The notes: generated from the sequence alone by a model not told the origin. 52,496 nucleotides of DNA from Candidatus Moraniibacteriota bacterium (GCA_030679995.1 JAUXSK010000019.1:1-52496), one strand, 5' to 3'; shown: positions 1 through 10,870, counted from the first letter of the stretch. Made by a program: numbers and translations.

Positions 1-74
1 GCAGCACCACCAACGAATCCTGCCACGCCAGCCAATCGCTGGATCTCAATTGGAAGGAAGTGAATCCGAATTAG
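1..74 (+). CDS. 3' end of a CDS entering from the left (…STTNESCHASQSLDLNWKEVNPN*)
   Basis: Open frame from the window edge to TAG at 72-74, followed by a terminator hairpin. Confidence 0.55.
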   Translation, partial: STTNESCHASQSLDLNWKEVNPN

Positions 75-102
75 AAAAAAACTTGTATTTTAGCTAAGCA
101 AA

Positions 103-129
103 AAAAGCCAGCCGCAAGAGCTGGCTTTT
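103..129 (+). terminator. Intrinsic terminator, potentially bidirectional
   Basis: AAAAGCCAGC-cgcaaga-GCTGGCTTTT hairpin. Confidence 0.75.
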
Positions 130-152
130 GGATTGTGGGAAGATTTTTTCTG

Positions 153-181
153 TTCCAAACAAATTGTTTTTATGGTATAAT
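153..181 (+). promoter_or_regulatory. Sigma70-type promoter for pilus cluster 1
   Basis: TTCCAA-17 nt-TATAAT with extended -10 TG (TGGTATAAT, 173-181). Confidence 0.6.
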
Positions 182-204
182 GCCAATAGAAAATAAAAAT
201 CAAA

Positions 205-1161
205 ATGCATATTGAAAATGATCTCAACTTAAAGAGACAAGCCGATAAATTAGGGGTAAGTATTTGGAGAACCCCGAGTTTTTTGTTTATCATAATAGGC
301 ATCGTCAATGCCGTGGCGATGGCGGTGACCTACTATATCTCCAAACAATATGACAGGCCGGAATTCTTGGTGGTGGCCGAAAGCGTGGTCGTCGCCTGCA
401 TCTTTTCAATCGGTAAATATATCATCGGACAGTTCGAAGAAATCGACGCTTTGAGCAAAATGAAGACTGAATTCGTTTCGGTGGCTTCCCATCAGTTGCG
501 TACCCCATTGTCGGCTATCCGCTGGGAAACAGAATTGATGCTCAGTAAGCTTGATCGCGGCCTGAACAAAAAACAACGCAAGAGCATCAGCACCATAAAT
601 TTATTAGCTACCAGAATGACGCGCCTGGTTAATGATCTTTTGGACGTGACCAGGATCGACCAGGGCAGGTTGATTTTAAAAAAGGAAAAAGTCGACATCG
701 CCAGGATAGTCACTGAGATATCCGGTGAGTTTTTGCCGTTGATCAAAGAGAAAAAGATGAAAGTCATATTCCAAAGCGTCCGCAAATGCAAGACGGACAG
801 ATGTAAACCTTTTGGCGTGCTATCGGACCAGGAAAAATTGAAATTGGTCGTAGAAAATCTTTTCAGTAACGCGATCAAATATACCGGCGCTTATGGCCTG
901 ATTGAAATAGACCTGTCAAAAAAGCGGGGATTTGTGGTTTTCAGTATCAGGGATAACGGTGTGGGCATACCGAAAGAACAGCAGGTCCAGGTTTTCAGCA
1001 AATTTTTCCGAAGTGACAATATCGTGAAATATCAGACGGAGGGAACCGGATTGGGTTTGTATATCGCTAAGAATATCATCGAACAATCCGGCGGTAGAAT
1101 GTGGTTCCATTCCCGGGAGCACACCGGTTCCATATTCAGCTTTTCGTTGCCGGCGGCATAA
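205..1161 (+). CDS. Membrane sensor histidine kinase (2 TM, HisKA and HATPase)
   Basis: H-box EFVSVASHQLRTPLSAI, N-box NLFSNAIKY, DNGVGIP, GTGLGL. Confidence 0.95.
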   Translation: MHIENDLNLKRQADKLGVSIWRTPSFLFIIIGIVNAVAMAVTYYISKQYDRPEFLVVAESVVVACIFSIGKYIIGQFEEIDALSKMKTEFVSVASHQLRTPLSAIRWETELMLSKLDRGLNKKQRKSISTINLLATRMTRLVNDLLDVTRIDQGRLILKKEKVDIARIVTEISGEFLPLIKEKKMKVIFQSVRKCKTDRCKPFGVLSDQEKLKLVVENLFSNAIKYTGAYGLIEIDLSKKRGFVVFSIRDNGVGIPKEQQVQVFSKFFRSDNIVKYQTEGTGLGLYIAKNIIEQSGGRMWFHSREHTGSIFSFSLPAA

Positions 1162-1180
1162 TTATTTTTTTATCATCTAT

Positions 1181-1558
1181 ATGAAAAAGAAGAAGATTTT
1201 GATTGTTGAAGACGAAAATTCACTGCATAACGCTTTGAAGGAATTCCTGCTGACTGAAAATTTCGACGTGATCAGTGCGGGTGATGGTGAATTGGCCGTC
1301 AAATTGGCTAAAAGTGAAAAACCGGATCTTATTTCGCTGGATATAATCCTGCCTAAGAAAGATGGTTTTGAAGTCCTGACCGAATTGCGGGAAGACGGAC
1401 GGACCAATAAAATCCCGATCATCCTGCTGACCAATCTGGAGAGGACCGAAGACATCGGCCGGGCTTTTGATTTGGGCGTGAGCACGTACCTCGTGAAGTC
1501 TAATTATAACCTGAAAGAAATCGCTGATAAAATAAAAGAAACGTTGAAATTGAAATGA
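1181..1558 (+). CDS. Single-domain response regulator (receiver only)
   Basis: ILIVEDE, LISLDIILPKKDG, LLTN, YLVK; no output domain. Confidence 0.93.
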   Translation: MKKKKILIVEDENSLHNALKEFLLTENFDVISAGDGELAVKLAKSEKPDLISLDIILPKKDGFEVLTELREDGRTNKIPIILLTNLERTEDIGRAFDLGVSTYLVKSNYNLKEIADKIKETLKLK

Positions 1559-3300
1559 GGATAGAAAACAAACAATTATATGAATTTATCAAGGACTCCG
1601 AGTTGATAAAAACCGAGGAGCTTGATTTGGCATATAATGATTCCCAGAACGGCAATAAACGTTTGGGTGAGATATTATTGGAAAAGAAGCTGGTCGATGA
1701 GGTCAAATTGCGGGAATTGTACGCATATATCCTGGGCGTGCCTTTCGTCGATTTATCCAAGGAAATCGTGCCGGCTGATATATTGCAAATCGTGCCAGAG
1801 CCGATCGCCAAGAAATATAAGATTGTGGCTTTCGAGAAAAATGCCCAGGAGCTTAAGTTGGCGATGCTAAATCCGGAGGACATCCAGACAGTCGATTTCA
1901 TCCGCAAAAAAACCGGCTTGAAAATCATAACCTGTCTGACTTCCGAGAACAGCATCAATGTGATTTTGAAACAATATGAAAAAAGCCTGAAGGCCGAGTT
2001 CGGCGATATAATCGAAAAGAATTCTTCGGAGGTGGGCGATGGCGAAGACGAGGATTTGGAAAAAGTGGCGCAAGGCCTGCCCATAATCCGGATAGTCGAT
2101 ACGCTGATCAAACATGCCATTTTGCAGGAAGCCAGTGATATCCATATCGAACCGGATGAAAAAGAGATCAGGGTGCGCTACCGTATCGACGGCATCCTGC
2201 ATGACGCGATGACTTTGCCCAAACAGATCAAGCATGGGATAATCGCCCGTATCAAAGTTTTGTCCAATCTCAAATTGGATGAACATCGGGTGCCGCAGGA
2301 CGGCCGGTTCAAAATCGAGAAGGAGGGTATGAAAATCTCCTTCCGGGTAAGCATTTTGCCGATATTCGATGGCGAGAAAATCGTAATGCGTCTTTTGAAT
2401 GAAAATTCCAAAGGTCTTACTTTGGAAAAGATGGGCCTGGGCGGATTCGGTTTGGAAATCGTGCATCGGCAGATCAAGAAGCCTAATGGGATGATTCTGG
2501 TGACCGGTCCGACCGGTTCGGGAAAAACGACGACTTTATACACGATTATGGATATTTTAAATACGCCGGAAGTCAATATCAGCACGGTCGAGGATCCGGT
2601 CGAATATCGGATGCCCAGAGTCAATCAAACCCAGATTTATACGAAAGTCGGTCTGACTTTCGCGGCCGGACTCAGGGCTCTTTTGCGTCAGGATCCCGAT
2701 ATCATAATGGTCGGGGAAATCCGCGATCAGGAAACGTTGGAGATGGCTATCCACGCCGCGTTGACCGGACATTTGGTCTTGTCGACGCTCCACACCAATA
2801 GCGCGGCGGCGACTTTGCCCAGGATTATCGATATGGGCGCCGAACCGTTTATGGTGGCTTCCACGGTGAATGTCATCATAGCCCAACGGCTGGTGCGCAA
2901 ATTATGCCAGGATTGTAAGAAAGAATATAAAATGACGGCTAAAGAGCTGGCGATATTAGGTGATAGTTACGATATAGCGTCGATTTTAGAGGTGATCAAG
3001 AAAAATGACAGCACCAAAGAGTTGATGTCCGGCAAAACTTCCTGGGAAGAGATAACGCTGTATAAATCCGTCGGGTGCGAACAGTGCGGCAATGAAGGTT
3101 ATCGGGGCAGAAACGGAATTTATGAGGTTTTGGAAGTGGATGCGGATATGGAAAAGATGATTTCACAGAAAGCGCCGACTGAAGAGGTGGAAAGGGCTGC
3201 CAAGAAAAAAGGGATGGTGACGATGGTGGAAGACGGTTTTATCAAGGCGGTCAATGGAATCACTTCGATTGAAGAAATTTTGAGAGTAACTAAAGAATAA
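1555..3300 (+). CDS. pilB: Type IV pilus extension ATPase, PilB/GspE family
   Basis: ASDIHIEP, Walker A GPTGSGKTT, LRQDPDIIMVGEIRD, His box STLHTN, CxxC…CxxC zinc site. Confidence 0.95.
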   Translation: MRIENKQLYEFIKDSELIKTEELDLAYNDSQNGNKRLGEILLEKKLVDEVKLRELYAYILGVPFVDLSKEIVPADILQIVPEPIAKKYKIVAFEKNAQELKLAMLNPEDIQTVDFIRKKTGLKIITCLTSENSINVILKQYEKSLKAEFGDIIEKNSSEVGDGEDEDLEKVAQGLPIIRIVDTLIKHAILQEASDIHIEPDEKEIRVRYRIDGILHDAMTLPKQIKHGIIARIKVLSNLKLDEHRVPQDGRFKIEKEGMKISFRVSILPIFDGEKIVMRLLNENSKGLTLEKMGLGGFGLEIVHRQIKKPNGMILVTGPTGSGKTTTLYTIMDILNTPEVNISTVEDPVEYRMPRVNQTQIYTKVGLTFAAGLRALLRQDPDIIMVGEIRDQETLEMAIHAALTGHLVLSTLHTNSAAATLPRIIDMGAEPFMVASTVNVIIAQRLVRKLCQDCKKEYKMTAKELAILGDSYDIASILEVIKKNDSTKELMSGKTSWEEITLYKSVGCEQCGNEGYRGRNGIYEVLEVDADMEKMISQKAPTEEVERAAKKKGMVTMVEDGFIKAVNGITSIEEILRVTKE

Positions 3301-3411
3301 TTTTAAATTATAAATTTTAAGTTTTAAATTAATTTTAAATTGTTAAATCGCTAAATTTTAAAACTCCAATTCCGGATTTATTTAAAATTTTAAATTTAGG
3401 ATTTAAAATTT
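3301..3411. repeat. AT-rich heptamer-like palindromic intergenic element
   Basis: Repeated TTTTAAA/AAATTTT units fill the pilB-pilC gap. Confidence 0.65.
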
Positions 3412-3417
3412 CCAATC

Positions 3418-4638
3418 ATGGACGTATTTTATACCGCGAAAGGTTTTTTTGGGGAAACCAAGAGCGGCGAGGCGAAAGTCAAGGATGAACGTGAGCTGGT
3501 CGACCAATTGCGGGCCGAAGGGTTCGTTTTGACGTCTGTCAAAGAATTGAAAAGTGAAGACGACCAAGATATCAAAATAAAATTTATGGACCGGTTCATC
3601 GGGATATCGGTGGCGGAAAAAATGATGTTCGCCAAAAATCTGAGCGTGATGATCTCTTCCGGGATGCCGCTGTCAAAATCATTGCAGAATATCAAGGCGC
3701 AAACCCAGAACAAGAAATTCATCAGCGTCCTTGATCATGTGAATAACGATATCCAGACCGGAGTCAGTTTCGCGGACAGCTTGGCGAAATTTCCCGGCAT
3801 CTTCGATGAACTTTTCGTCAATATGATCAGGGTCGGCGAGGTAAGTGGTAATTTGGAAGAGGTTTTGAATATTTTGGCGATGCAGCTGGAAAAAGACCAT
3901 GAACTCATCAAGAAAGTTACGGGCGCTCTGGTCTATCCAGCGGTCATCCTGGTCGCGATGGGCCTCATCGGTATCGTGATGATGGTCTATGTCGTGCCGC
4001 AGATAACCGGAGTATTCGAGGATTTGGACGCGACTTTGCCGGCTTCGACCCAGTTCATCATTTCTATGAGCGATTTGATCAGGAATTATTGGTATGCTTT
4101 GGTTTTCCTATTCCCACTGTTCGGCATTATGGTCAAATTTTTATCTACGACCCAGGTGGGCAAGAAGTTGGCCAGTCTTATCCTGATCAATCTTCCGGTA
4201 ATCAAGAACATAGTCATCAAGGTGAATTGCGCCAGGTTCGCGCGGATATACAGTTCCCTTTTGAAGAGCGGCGTTTCTGTCGTGGAATCTTTGAAAATAC
4301 TTTCAAAAACCCTGACCAATTTCTATTATCAGAACGCGCTGGCGCGCGCGGTGGTGGATGTCCAAAAGGGTGTCAATCTGAGCAAGATAATTTTTGCCGA
4401 GAGGAAGATTTTCCCTGTCTTGGTGCCGCAGATGATCGAAGTGGGCGAGGAAACCGGAAAAACCGAAGTGGTTTTGTCCAAGCTTGCCGAATTTTATGAG
4501 GCCGATGTCGACCAGATAACCAAAAACTTATCCTCTATAATCGAGCCGGTTTTGATGCTTCTGATCGGAAGCGTCGTCGGGTTTTTCGCGGTTTCCATCC
4601 TACAGCCGATGTATAGCGTGCTGGAGAATATCAAATAG
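3418..4638 (+). CDS. pilC: Type IV pilus platform protein, PilC/GspF family
   Basis: Two T2SSF repeats (GEVSGNL, GEETGK), C-terminal IIEPVLMLLIG…PMY. Confidence 0.95.
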   Translation: MDVFYTAKGFFGETKSGEAKVKDERELVDQLRAEGFVLTSVKELKSEDDQDIKIKFMDRFIGISVAEKMMFAKNLSVMISSGMPLSKSLQNIKAQTQNKKFISVLDHVNNDIQTGVSFADSLAKFPGIFDELFVNMIRVGEVSGNLEEVLNILAMQLEKDHELIKKVTGALVYPAVILVAMGLIGIVMMVYVVPQITGVFEDLDATLPASTQFIISMSDLIRNYWYALVFLFPLFGIMVKFLSTTQVGKKLASLILINLPVIKNIVIKVNCARFARIYSSLLKSGVSVVESLKILSKTLTNFYYQNALARAVVDVQKGVNLSKIIFAERKIFPVLVPQMIEVGEETGKTEVVLSKLAEFYEADVDQITKNLSSIIEPVLMLLIGSVVGFFAVSILQPMYSVLENIK

Positions 4639-4654
4639 AAATTTTAAAATCCAA

Positions 4655-6043
4655 ATGAAAATGAAAAAATTCCAAAAATTTTCCATAGCTTCAAATATGC
4701 CAGCATTCACCTTAGTCGAGGCTTTAGTGCTACTTTTCGTTTTTTCGGTGATTACCGTGACTTTCTATTCGGTCTTCACCCTGGGCGGCAGATATATTAT
4801 CGAATCGAAAAATCGTTTCGGGGCGGTGGCTTTGGCGAATGAAAAAATGGAGATAATCAGGAATCTCCAATATGACAATATCGGAATCGTGGGGGGGATA
4901 CCGAGCGGAAGCATACCGGCCGAAGAGGATGTTACGGAAAGCGGCCATACGTACCATGTCAAAACTTTCATCCAGTATGTGGATGACCCGTTTGATGGAA
5001 TCAGCCCGATAGATTTGGATTACAAACGGGTCAAGGTCACGATTTCTTGGAATGGAACGGGTGATGAAGATAGTAATGTTTTTTTAATAGCCAGATTTGT
5101 CCCGCCGGGCATAGAACAGAACCTGGCTGGCGGTACGCTTTCGGTGAATGTTATCGGCAGCGATGGAATCGGGGTCCCGCAGGCTTCGGTGCACATCGTC
5201 AATAGTGAAATATCTCCAGGAGTCAATTTGTCCGTGATGACGGATGATACCGGCAATTTGATGTTGCCGGGAGCCCAACAATCCATCCAAGGATATGACA
5301 TTACCGTTTCCAAAGACGGGTATGAAACGGTGGAGACGATCGATCCGGCCTCGGTCACTTATTCTATTATCGACACCCCAGCTTCAGTCGTTGAGAATAT
5401 GTTGAATGTGAAAAGCATCGTTGAGGATAAACTCATCAATTTGAAATTCCTGTCCGTCGATTATCTGGGCAATCCCTTGCCGAACGTCGCTTTCCATATG
5501 GAAGGCGGCAGGATTTTAGGTTATGATATGCTGCAATCCCCGGCGGCGCCTATATATAATCTGATTTCCGACAGTACGACGGATGAGAATGGCGAAGAAA
5601 ATTTCGAGAATATCAGCCCGAGCCAATTTTTCATTTCTGGTGTGGGGGCGGTAGAAGGATATACGCTGATCGGTTTGAATAATTTATCCAGTTTCGATCC
5701 TATTGGAAATAAATATGCGGTGTTGGTCGTTCCGGGCAATTCGCAGGAGGTTGCGATAAGATTCGCTAAGAATGACGACAATTCATTATTGGTCAACGTG
5801 CTTAAGGCGGCGGATGATGCGCCGTTGGCTGATGCATATGTGGAATTGACCAATGCGGACGGTTATAGCGAAAATTCGACAAGCTTGGTGGATGGAGTCG
5901 TTTTTTTCCCGGTTTCATCCAATCCACTTGTCGCGGGCACATACAATTTGAAGATAACGGCAGAGGGATATGAAGAATATTCCGGCACGGTGGCGATTGA
6001 CAAACTGACGACGCAGCAAATAAAATTAATCGCTGTCGAATAA
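4655..6043 (+). CDS. Large minor pilin with C-terminal beta-sandwich (carboxypeptidase-regulatory-like) repeats
   Basis: Prepilin motif AFTLVEALV plus hydrophobic helix; YKRVKVTISW; repeats such as YDITVSKDGY and YNLKITAEGY. Confidence 0.8.
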   Translation: MKMKKFQKFSIASNMPAFTLVEALVLLFVFSVITVTFYSVFTLGGRYIIESKNRFGAVALANEKMEIIRNLQYDNIGIVGGIPSGSIPAEEDVTESGHTYHVKTFIQYVDDPFDGISPIDLDYKRVKVTISWNGTGDEDSNVFLIARFVPPGIEQNLAGGTLSVNVIGSDGIGVPQASVHIVNSEISPGVNLSVMTDDTGNLMLPGAQQSIQGYDITVSKDGYETVETIDPASVTYSIIDTPASVVENMLNVKSIVEDKLINLKFLSVDYLGNPLPNVAFHMEGGRILGYDMLQSPAAPIYNLISDSTTDENGEENFENISPSQFFISGVGAVEGYTLIGLNNLSSFDPIGNKYAVLVVPGNSQEVAIRFAKNDDNSLLVNVLKAADDAPLADAYVELTNADGYSENSTSLVDGVVFFPVSSNPLVAGTYNLKITAEGYEEYSGTVAIDKLTTQQIKLIAVE

Positions 6044-6047
6044 AATT

Positions 6048-6686
6048 ATGGATAACAGGCAAAAAAAAGGATATTCCGGTATGACCATCATCGAAATGAT
6101 GGTCGCCATTTCAATTTTCACCATCGCCATAATGGGATTCACGCTGTTGTTCATACGCAGTTGGAATATGAATTCTTACACCATAGAAATGGGCCAGTCA
6201 GCCTACGCGGTTTCCCAAGGAGTCAATAATATGGTGGGTTATTTGCGTAAAGTGCGGCAAGCTGATGATGGTTCGTACCCGATCAAATCGGCCTCCGAAA
6301 ATGATTTGGTGGTTTTTTCCGATTATGATAAAGATGGCATCACGGAGAGGCTCCATTTCTATCTGCAGAGCGGGCAAATAATTATGGGCATAACGAAGCC
6401 GACGACCGGAATCCCCAAAACATATGTATCATACGACCAACAAACTAAGATTTTAGCTGAAAGGATCGTCAATGATGCCGATGAGCCGATTTTTTACTAT
6501 TATAATAAAGATTATCCTGGCGATACGGTAAACAATCCAGTAGCAATGCCGGTGGATGTTTCCAATATCAGGCTTGTTAGGATATCGTTGAAAATAAACA
6601 TCGATCCCAATCGGGCGCCGGACAATATCGAAACCCAGTCGTTCGTGGAACTGCGCAATTTGAACGATTATGATAGAATGAAATAA
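6048..6686 (+). CDS. Minor pilin, PilW/GspJ-like
   Basis: GMTIIEMMVAISIF class III signal; C-terminal VELRNL. Confidence 0.85.
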   Translation: MDNRQKKGYSGMTIIEMMVAISIFTIAIMGFTLLFIRSWNMNSYTIEMGQSAYAVSQGVNNMVGYLRKVRQADDGSYPIKSASENDLVVFSDYDKDGITERLHFYLQSGQIIMGITKPTTGIPKTYVSYDQQTKILAERIVNDADEPIFYYYNKDYPGDTVNNPVAMPVDVSNIRLVRISLKINIDPNRAPDNIETQSFVELRNLNDYDRMK

Positions 6687-6703
6687 AGGGAAAAATAAAA
6701 AAT

Positions 6704-8137
6704 ATGAAAAAAAATAAAAAAGGGTCAGCCTTGGCCTACGGGCTGATAATGATGGCCGTAGTCTCGATTATCTTGGTTTCGCTATTGCGGTATATCTCTT
6801 CGCAGATGAGGGCCAGTCTCAATCGGGGCGAAAAAGAACAAGCGTTCCAGGTCGCTGAGGCCGGTGTGTATTTTTATCGGTGGTATTTGGCGCATCAGGT
6901 TTCAGGGAAAACCGTCCAGCAAATAAAAACTTTTTGGGAAACAGGCGACCCATATGGCGTCGATGTCCCGTATGAAGCTGAATTTTTCGATCCGGAAGGC
7001 GGAGCTATCGGAAAATATCGGATCGAAGTCCAACCGCCAGAACCGGATTCGACTATCGTGATGGTGCGGTCAACCGGCTGGACATATAATGAACCTAATA
7101 TCCAAAGAGTGGTCCAGGCCAGATTCAGACGTCCGTCTTGGAGCGAATTTGCGGTAATCGCGAACGATGTTATGCGTTTCGGTGAAGATACCCAGGTTTT
7201 TGGTAAAGTGCATTCCAATGACGGAATCCGTTTTGACGGCGTGGCGCATAATATCGTGAGCAGCTCTATGGATAAATATGACGATCCCGACCACTCCGGT
7301 GGCGATGAATTCGGCGTGCATACCCATATCGCTCCGGTCGATCCGTTGCCTCCGAATCCGGTTCCGCAACGCGTGGATATTTTCCAGGCCGGACGGCAAT
7401 TTCCGTTGCCGACGGTCGATTTCAATGGATTGCTTGCGGATCTTAATAATATGAAAACCGAATCGAAAATCAGCGGCCATGGCTTATATTTCGATGAAAC
7501 CGGGCGTGGCAGGAAGATAATTCTTAAGAGCAATGATACTTTCGATATATGCACCGTGGAAACATATGATTCTACTTCACACAAAGTTTCCAAATATAAA
7601 AAGAAAAACAAAGGCGGGTCTTGCAGTTCCTGTAGCGATCCGGATTGTTTCCAGACGTATCCTATCCCGAATAACGGGGTGATTTTCGTCGAGAATAATA
7701 TTTGGGTGGAAGGTAGAATTGATAGCGCTAGGTTAACGATTGTCGCGGCTAATTTGATCGGCGGGACGAAACCTAATGTCTATATCGGCGAAGACAACCT
7801 ACTTTATACCAATTCAGATGGCAAGGATATCATCGGGCTGATCGCCCAACAAGATATAAGCGTCGTCAGGGACAGTTTGAATGATCTGACTGTCGATGCG
7901 GCGTTGTTAGCGCAATCCGGCCGGGTCGGACGCGATTATTACAGCTCCGTTTACAATAAGGATTCGATAACGGTCAACGGTTCGATCGCGACCAACTTGC
8001 GTTATGGGTTCGCCTATACGGACGGAACCGGATACCATACGCGCATCCTGAACTTCGACAATAACCTATTATATTATCCGCCACCGTATTTTCCGACCGG
8101 TACCGAGTATTCCATAGATCTTTGGGATGAATTATAA
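6704..8137 (+). CDS. PilX-like minor pilin or tip protein
   Basis: KKGSALAYGLI (no E5), QAFQVAEAGV motif, beta-rich C-terminus ending WDEL. Confidence 0.8.
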   Translation: MKKNKKGSALAYGLIMMAVVSIILVSLLRYISSQMRASLNRGEKEQAFQVAEAGVYFYRWYLAHQVSGKTVQQIKTFWETGDPYGVDVPYEAEFFDPEGGAIGKYRIEVQPPEPDSTIVMVRSTGWTYNEPNIQRVVQARFRRPSWSEFAVIANDVMRFGEDTQVFGKVHSNDGIRFDGVAHNIVSSSMDKYDDPDHSGGDEFGVHTHIAPVDPLPPNPVPQRVDIFQAGRQFPLPTVDFNGLLADLNNMKTESKISGHGLYFDETGRGRKIILKSNDTFDICTVETYDSTSHKVSKYKKKNKGGSCSSCSDPDCFQTYPIPNNGVIFVENNIWVEGRIDSARLTIVAANLIGGTKPNVYIGEDNLLYTNSDGKDIIGLIAQQDISVVRDSLNDLTVDAALLAQSGRVGRDYYSSVYNKDSITVNGSIATNLRYGFAYTDGTGYHTRILNFDNNLLYYPPPYFPTGTEYSIDLWDEL

Positions 8138-8199
8138 TGGATTAGAAAAACGCAACCCGTAAGATTTTTAAAAAGCCCTTAATTTCGATAGGCCAGGAT

Positions 8200-9282
8200 A
8201 TGAGTTTTTTGAATAAAAACATAATAAATTTAGAGCCGAGGATTTTCGGATTGGATCTGAGCGATCTTTCGGTTAAGGTTTTCCAATTGGAAAAAAATGG
8301 CAAAAGAGATGTGGTCCGTGGCTATGGTTCATTAGATATCCCGCCAGGTAATATAGAAGACGGACGGATAATCAACAGGGAACAGGTCGCCGTTGCGATA
8401 AAGACCTTGTTGAAATCACCTAGCGCTAAAAAAATAAATTCCAATAAAGTCATCTGTTCTTTGCCTGAGTCGAAAGCTTTCGTGCGGATAATCACGATTC
8501 CGAAGATGAGCGAAGAAGAAGCCCACGAAGCGGTGCGCTGGGAGATGGAGGCCAGTATGCCGATGCTGCTCAATGAGGTATATTTCGATTGGCAATTTTT
8601 GGATGACGATGATAGTAAGACCCAGAAAGTTTTGACGGCGGCGGTATCGCGCGAAGTCGTCGACGATTGGATGGAAGTTCTGGCTTTAGCCGGATTGGAT
8701 GTCTATGGGATGGAAATCGAATCGATGGCGACCATCCGGAGTTTGGTGAAAAACAACACCACTGAAGATGAAGCGGTGAGTTTGATTGTCGACTTGGGGG
8801 CTAGAAGGACCAGTTTCATAATCGCGGAAGGCATCGTCCCATATTTCACTTCCAGCATCCCGTTTTCATCGGAAGGTATAAACGATGCTATAATCAAAAC
8901 TTTGAATGTGAGCGATCAAGAAGCGGAAGAGGTCAAAATAAACAATGGGATCGAAAATAGGGATGAAGGTAATCCGATTTTCACGGCAGTCAGTCCATTG
9001 TTGGAGAACCTGGTGATGGAAATCACCAAGACGATGGATTTTTATGGGGAGATGTCCAAGCAATCCCAGGAAGTGAAAAGGATCATCCTGTGCGGAGGGG
9101 GGTCGAATATGAAGGGTATGGCTCAGTATTTGAATGAACGGATTAAGAAAGAAGTGGTTATGGGCGATCCTTGGATAAATTTGAATTTAGGAAACAGTTT
9201 ATCGGTAATAGATAGATCGGTGTCAGTGCGATATGTTACCGCCATCGGATTGGCGATCCGGTCATTAAATTATGGAAATTAA
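8200..9282 (+). CDS. pilM: Type IV pilus assembly protein PilM
   Basis: FGLDLSDLSVK, IVDLGA, LCGGGS, AIGLA actin-fold motifs. Confidence 0.93.
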   Translation: MSFLNKNIINLEPRIFGLDLSDLSVKVFQLEKNGKRDVVRGYGSLDIPPGNIEDGRIINREQVAVAIKTLLKSPSAKKINSNKVICSLPESKAFVRIITIPKMSEEEAHEAVRWEMEASMPMLLNEVYFDWQFLDDDDSKTQKVLTAAVSREVVDDWMEVLALAGLDVYGMEIESMATIRSLVKNNTTEDEAVSLIVDLGARRTSFIIAEGIVPYFTSSIPFSSEGINDAIIKTLNVSDQEAEEVKINNGIENRDEGNPIFTAVSPLLENLVMEITKTMDFYGEMSKQSQEVKRIILCGGGSNMKGMAQYLNERIKKEVVMGDPWINLNLGNSLSVIDRSVSVRYVTAIGLAIRSLNYGN

Positions 9283-9823
9283 ACTTAATCTGATTCCCGA
9301 AGGGAAAAAAAATGAAATAGCGCAATCAGGCAGATTGCGGCGTGTTTTGCGCTGGGAAATGAGTTTATCTTTCGTGCTGGTTATTTTTTTCGCGCTTATC
9401 CTCAGTTTGGATTATTTATTGCAAATCAATCTTGACGTGCAAGTAAATGAAACTGAGAGCGGGCAAAATAAGGCCCGTTATGAAAAAATTTCCGAATTGG
9501 ACAGTAATTTTAAGGAAATAAACGCCAAGGCTTCTTTTAACGAATCTATCCAAAACGACCAATTGTATTGGACGAAGATATTTAAAAAATTAAATGCCGC
9601 GACGCCGGACGGCATCAGTGTGGTTAAAATGGCCAATAAAAATTATAAGTTTTTACTTGCCGGAACGGCGGATACGCGGGATATTCTAGTGGCGATGAAA
9701 ACCAGTTTTTCCCAGGAACCTTGTTTTATGGATGTGAATTTGCCGCTTTCCAGCTTGGTTTCCAAGGAGAATGTCGATTTTCAAATAGAATTCAACATAA
9801 GAGAAGAATGTATAAAAAAATAA
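9272..9823 (+). CDS. pilN: PilN-like alignment protein
   Basis: IKLNLIP motif, TM helix and coiled coil; follows pilM. Confidence 0.8.
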   Translation: MEIKLNLIPEGKKNEIAQSGRLRRVLRWEMSLSFVLVIFFALILSLDYLLQINLDVQVNETESGQNKARYEKISELDSNFKEINAKASFNESIQNDQLYWTKIFKKLNAATPDGISVVKMANKNYKFLLAGTADTRDILVAMKTSFSQEPCFMDVNLPLSSLVSKENVDFQIEFNIREECIKK

Positions 9824-10492
9824 ATGAAGGAATTCTTAAGAAAAAATAAAATAAAACTGGCAGTAACTATATTTATGGTAGTGGTGTTAAGTTTCACCTA
9901 TTTTTTAGTTATGCCTGCGGTAGAGGGGATAATCGCCAGGGCGAACGATATCCAACAGAAAAAAATCGACAAGGAGTTGAATGAAAAAAAACTTTCTTCG
10001 GTCGCTGCGATGGAATCGGATTATGCCAAGGTTAAAGATAACGCTGATAAGTTCGATATCATAATAGAACAGTCGAAAGAGTTGGATTTTATCAAAGAAT
10101 TGGAGATTCTAGCGGAACAAACCGGCAATAAGATCGAATTCAAATTGCAAGATCTAGCAACTGCCAAACCGGTGGCTAAATCGAAAAATGGCGAGCTGGA
10201 CATTAAGAGCAAACTGGCATATTCCAATTTCCTTTCTATGCAGATCGCCCTGGAAGGCAATTATGCGGGTTTGTTGAATTTCATCAATAAGCTGGAAAAT
10301 TATAAAAAGTATGTCAACATCATTACGATAAGTTCCGAGAAAAGGACTATCGAATCCATCGCCAGTCCGGTTGTCAGACCCGCTCCAGCCACTCCCGATC
10401 CTTTTGCGGTAGCTGAACGGCCGCAGGAAAAAAAGCTGACAAAGGAAGTCATAAATAGCATTTTAGACGTGGTAGTCTATATAAAAAAATGA
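9824..10492 (+). CDS. pilO: PilO-like alignment protein
   Basis: N-terminal TM, coiled coil, GNYAGLLNFINKLE. Confidence 0.75.
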   Translation: MKEFLRKNKIKLAVTIFMVVVLSFTYFLVMPAVEGIIARANDIQQKKIDKELNEKKLSSVAAMESDYAKVKDNADKFDIIIEQSKELDFIKELEILAEQTGNKIEFKLQDLATAKPVAKSKNGELDIKSKLAYSNFLSMQIALEGNYAGLLNFINKLENYKKYVNIITISSEKRTIESIASPVVRPAPATPDPFAVAERPQEKKLTKEVINSILDVVVYIKK

Positions 10493-10818
10493 AAATCGGA
10501 TTAAAAAATATCCCATCCGGAATCGACTCTAAAAATGTTTTTAAAAAAACATCCGGCTTTGCCAATCGGCATGAATCATTTGTCGTCTTTTTGATATTTT
10601 CGGTTTTGTTCGCGTATGTCGGTTTCCTGTGGTATCGATACGCATATGATTACCGATGGAGCGAGGCCAAGAAACAAGAATATGTCAGCTCTAAAAATGA
10701 GTTGAATGATTTCAATAAGGTTAAGTTTGATAAGGTTCTGAGGGATATAAACTTCAGGCAGGAAGACTATCAAAAAAACATAGAGGTCGTCAAGGATATT
10801 TTCAGACTGAAGCAATAG
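10489..10818 (+). CDS. Hypothetical single-TM protein ending the pilus operon
   Basis: ATGA overlap with pilO; one TM helix. Confidence 0.7.
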   Translation: MKIGLKNIPSGIDSKNVFKKTSGFANRHESFVVFLIFSVLFAYVGFLWYRYAYDYRWSEAKKQEYVSSKNELNDFNKVKFDKVLRDINFRQEDYQKNIEVVKDIFRLKQ

Positions 10819-10842
10819 GTTTTTCTGAAAAAGCGTAAAGCA

Positions 10843-10870
10843 AAAAATCCTCCCGGAAGGGAGGATTTTT
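10843..10870. terminator. Bidirectional intrinsic terminator
   Basis: AAAAATCCTCCC-ggaa-GGGAGGATTTTT between the convergent pilus operon and tRNA cluster. Confidence 0.85.
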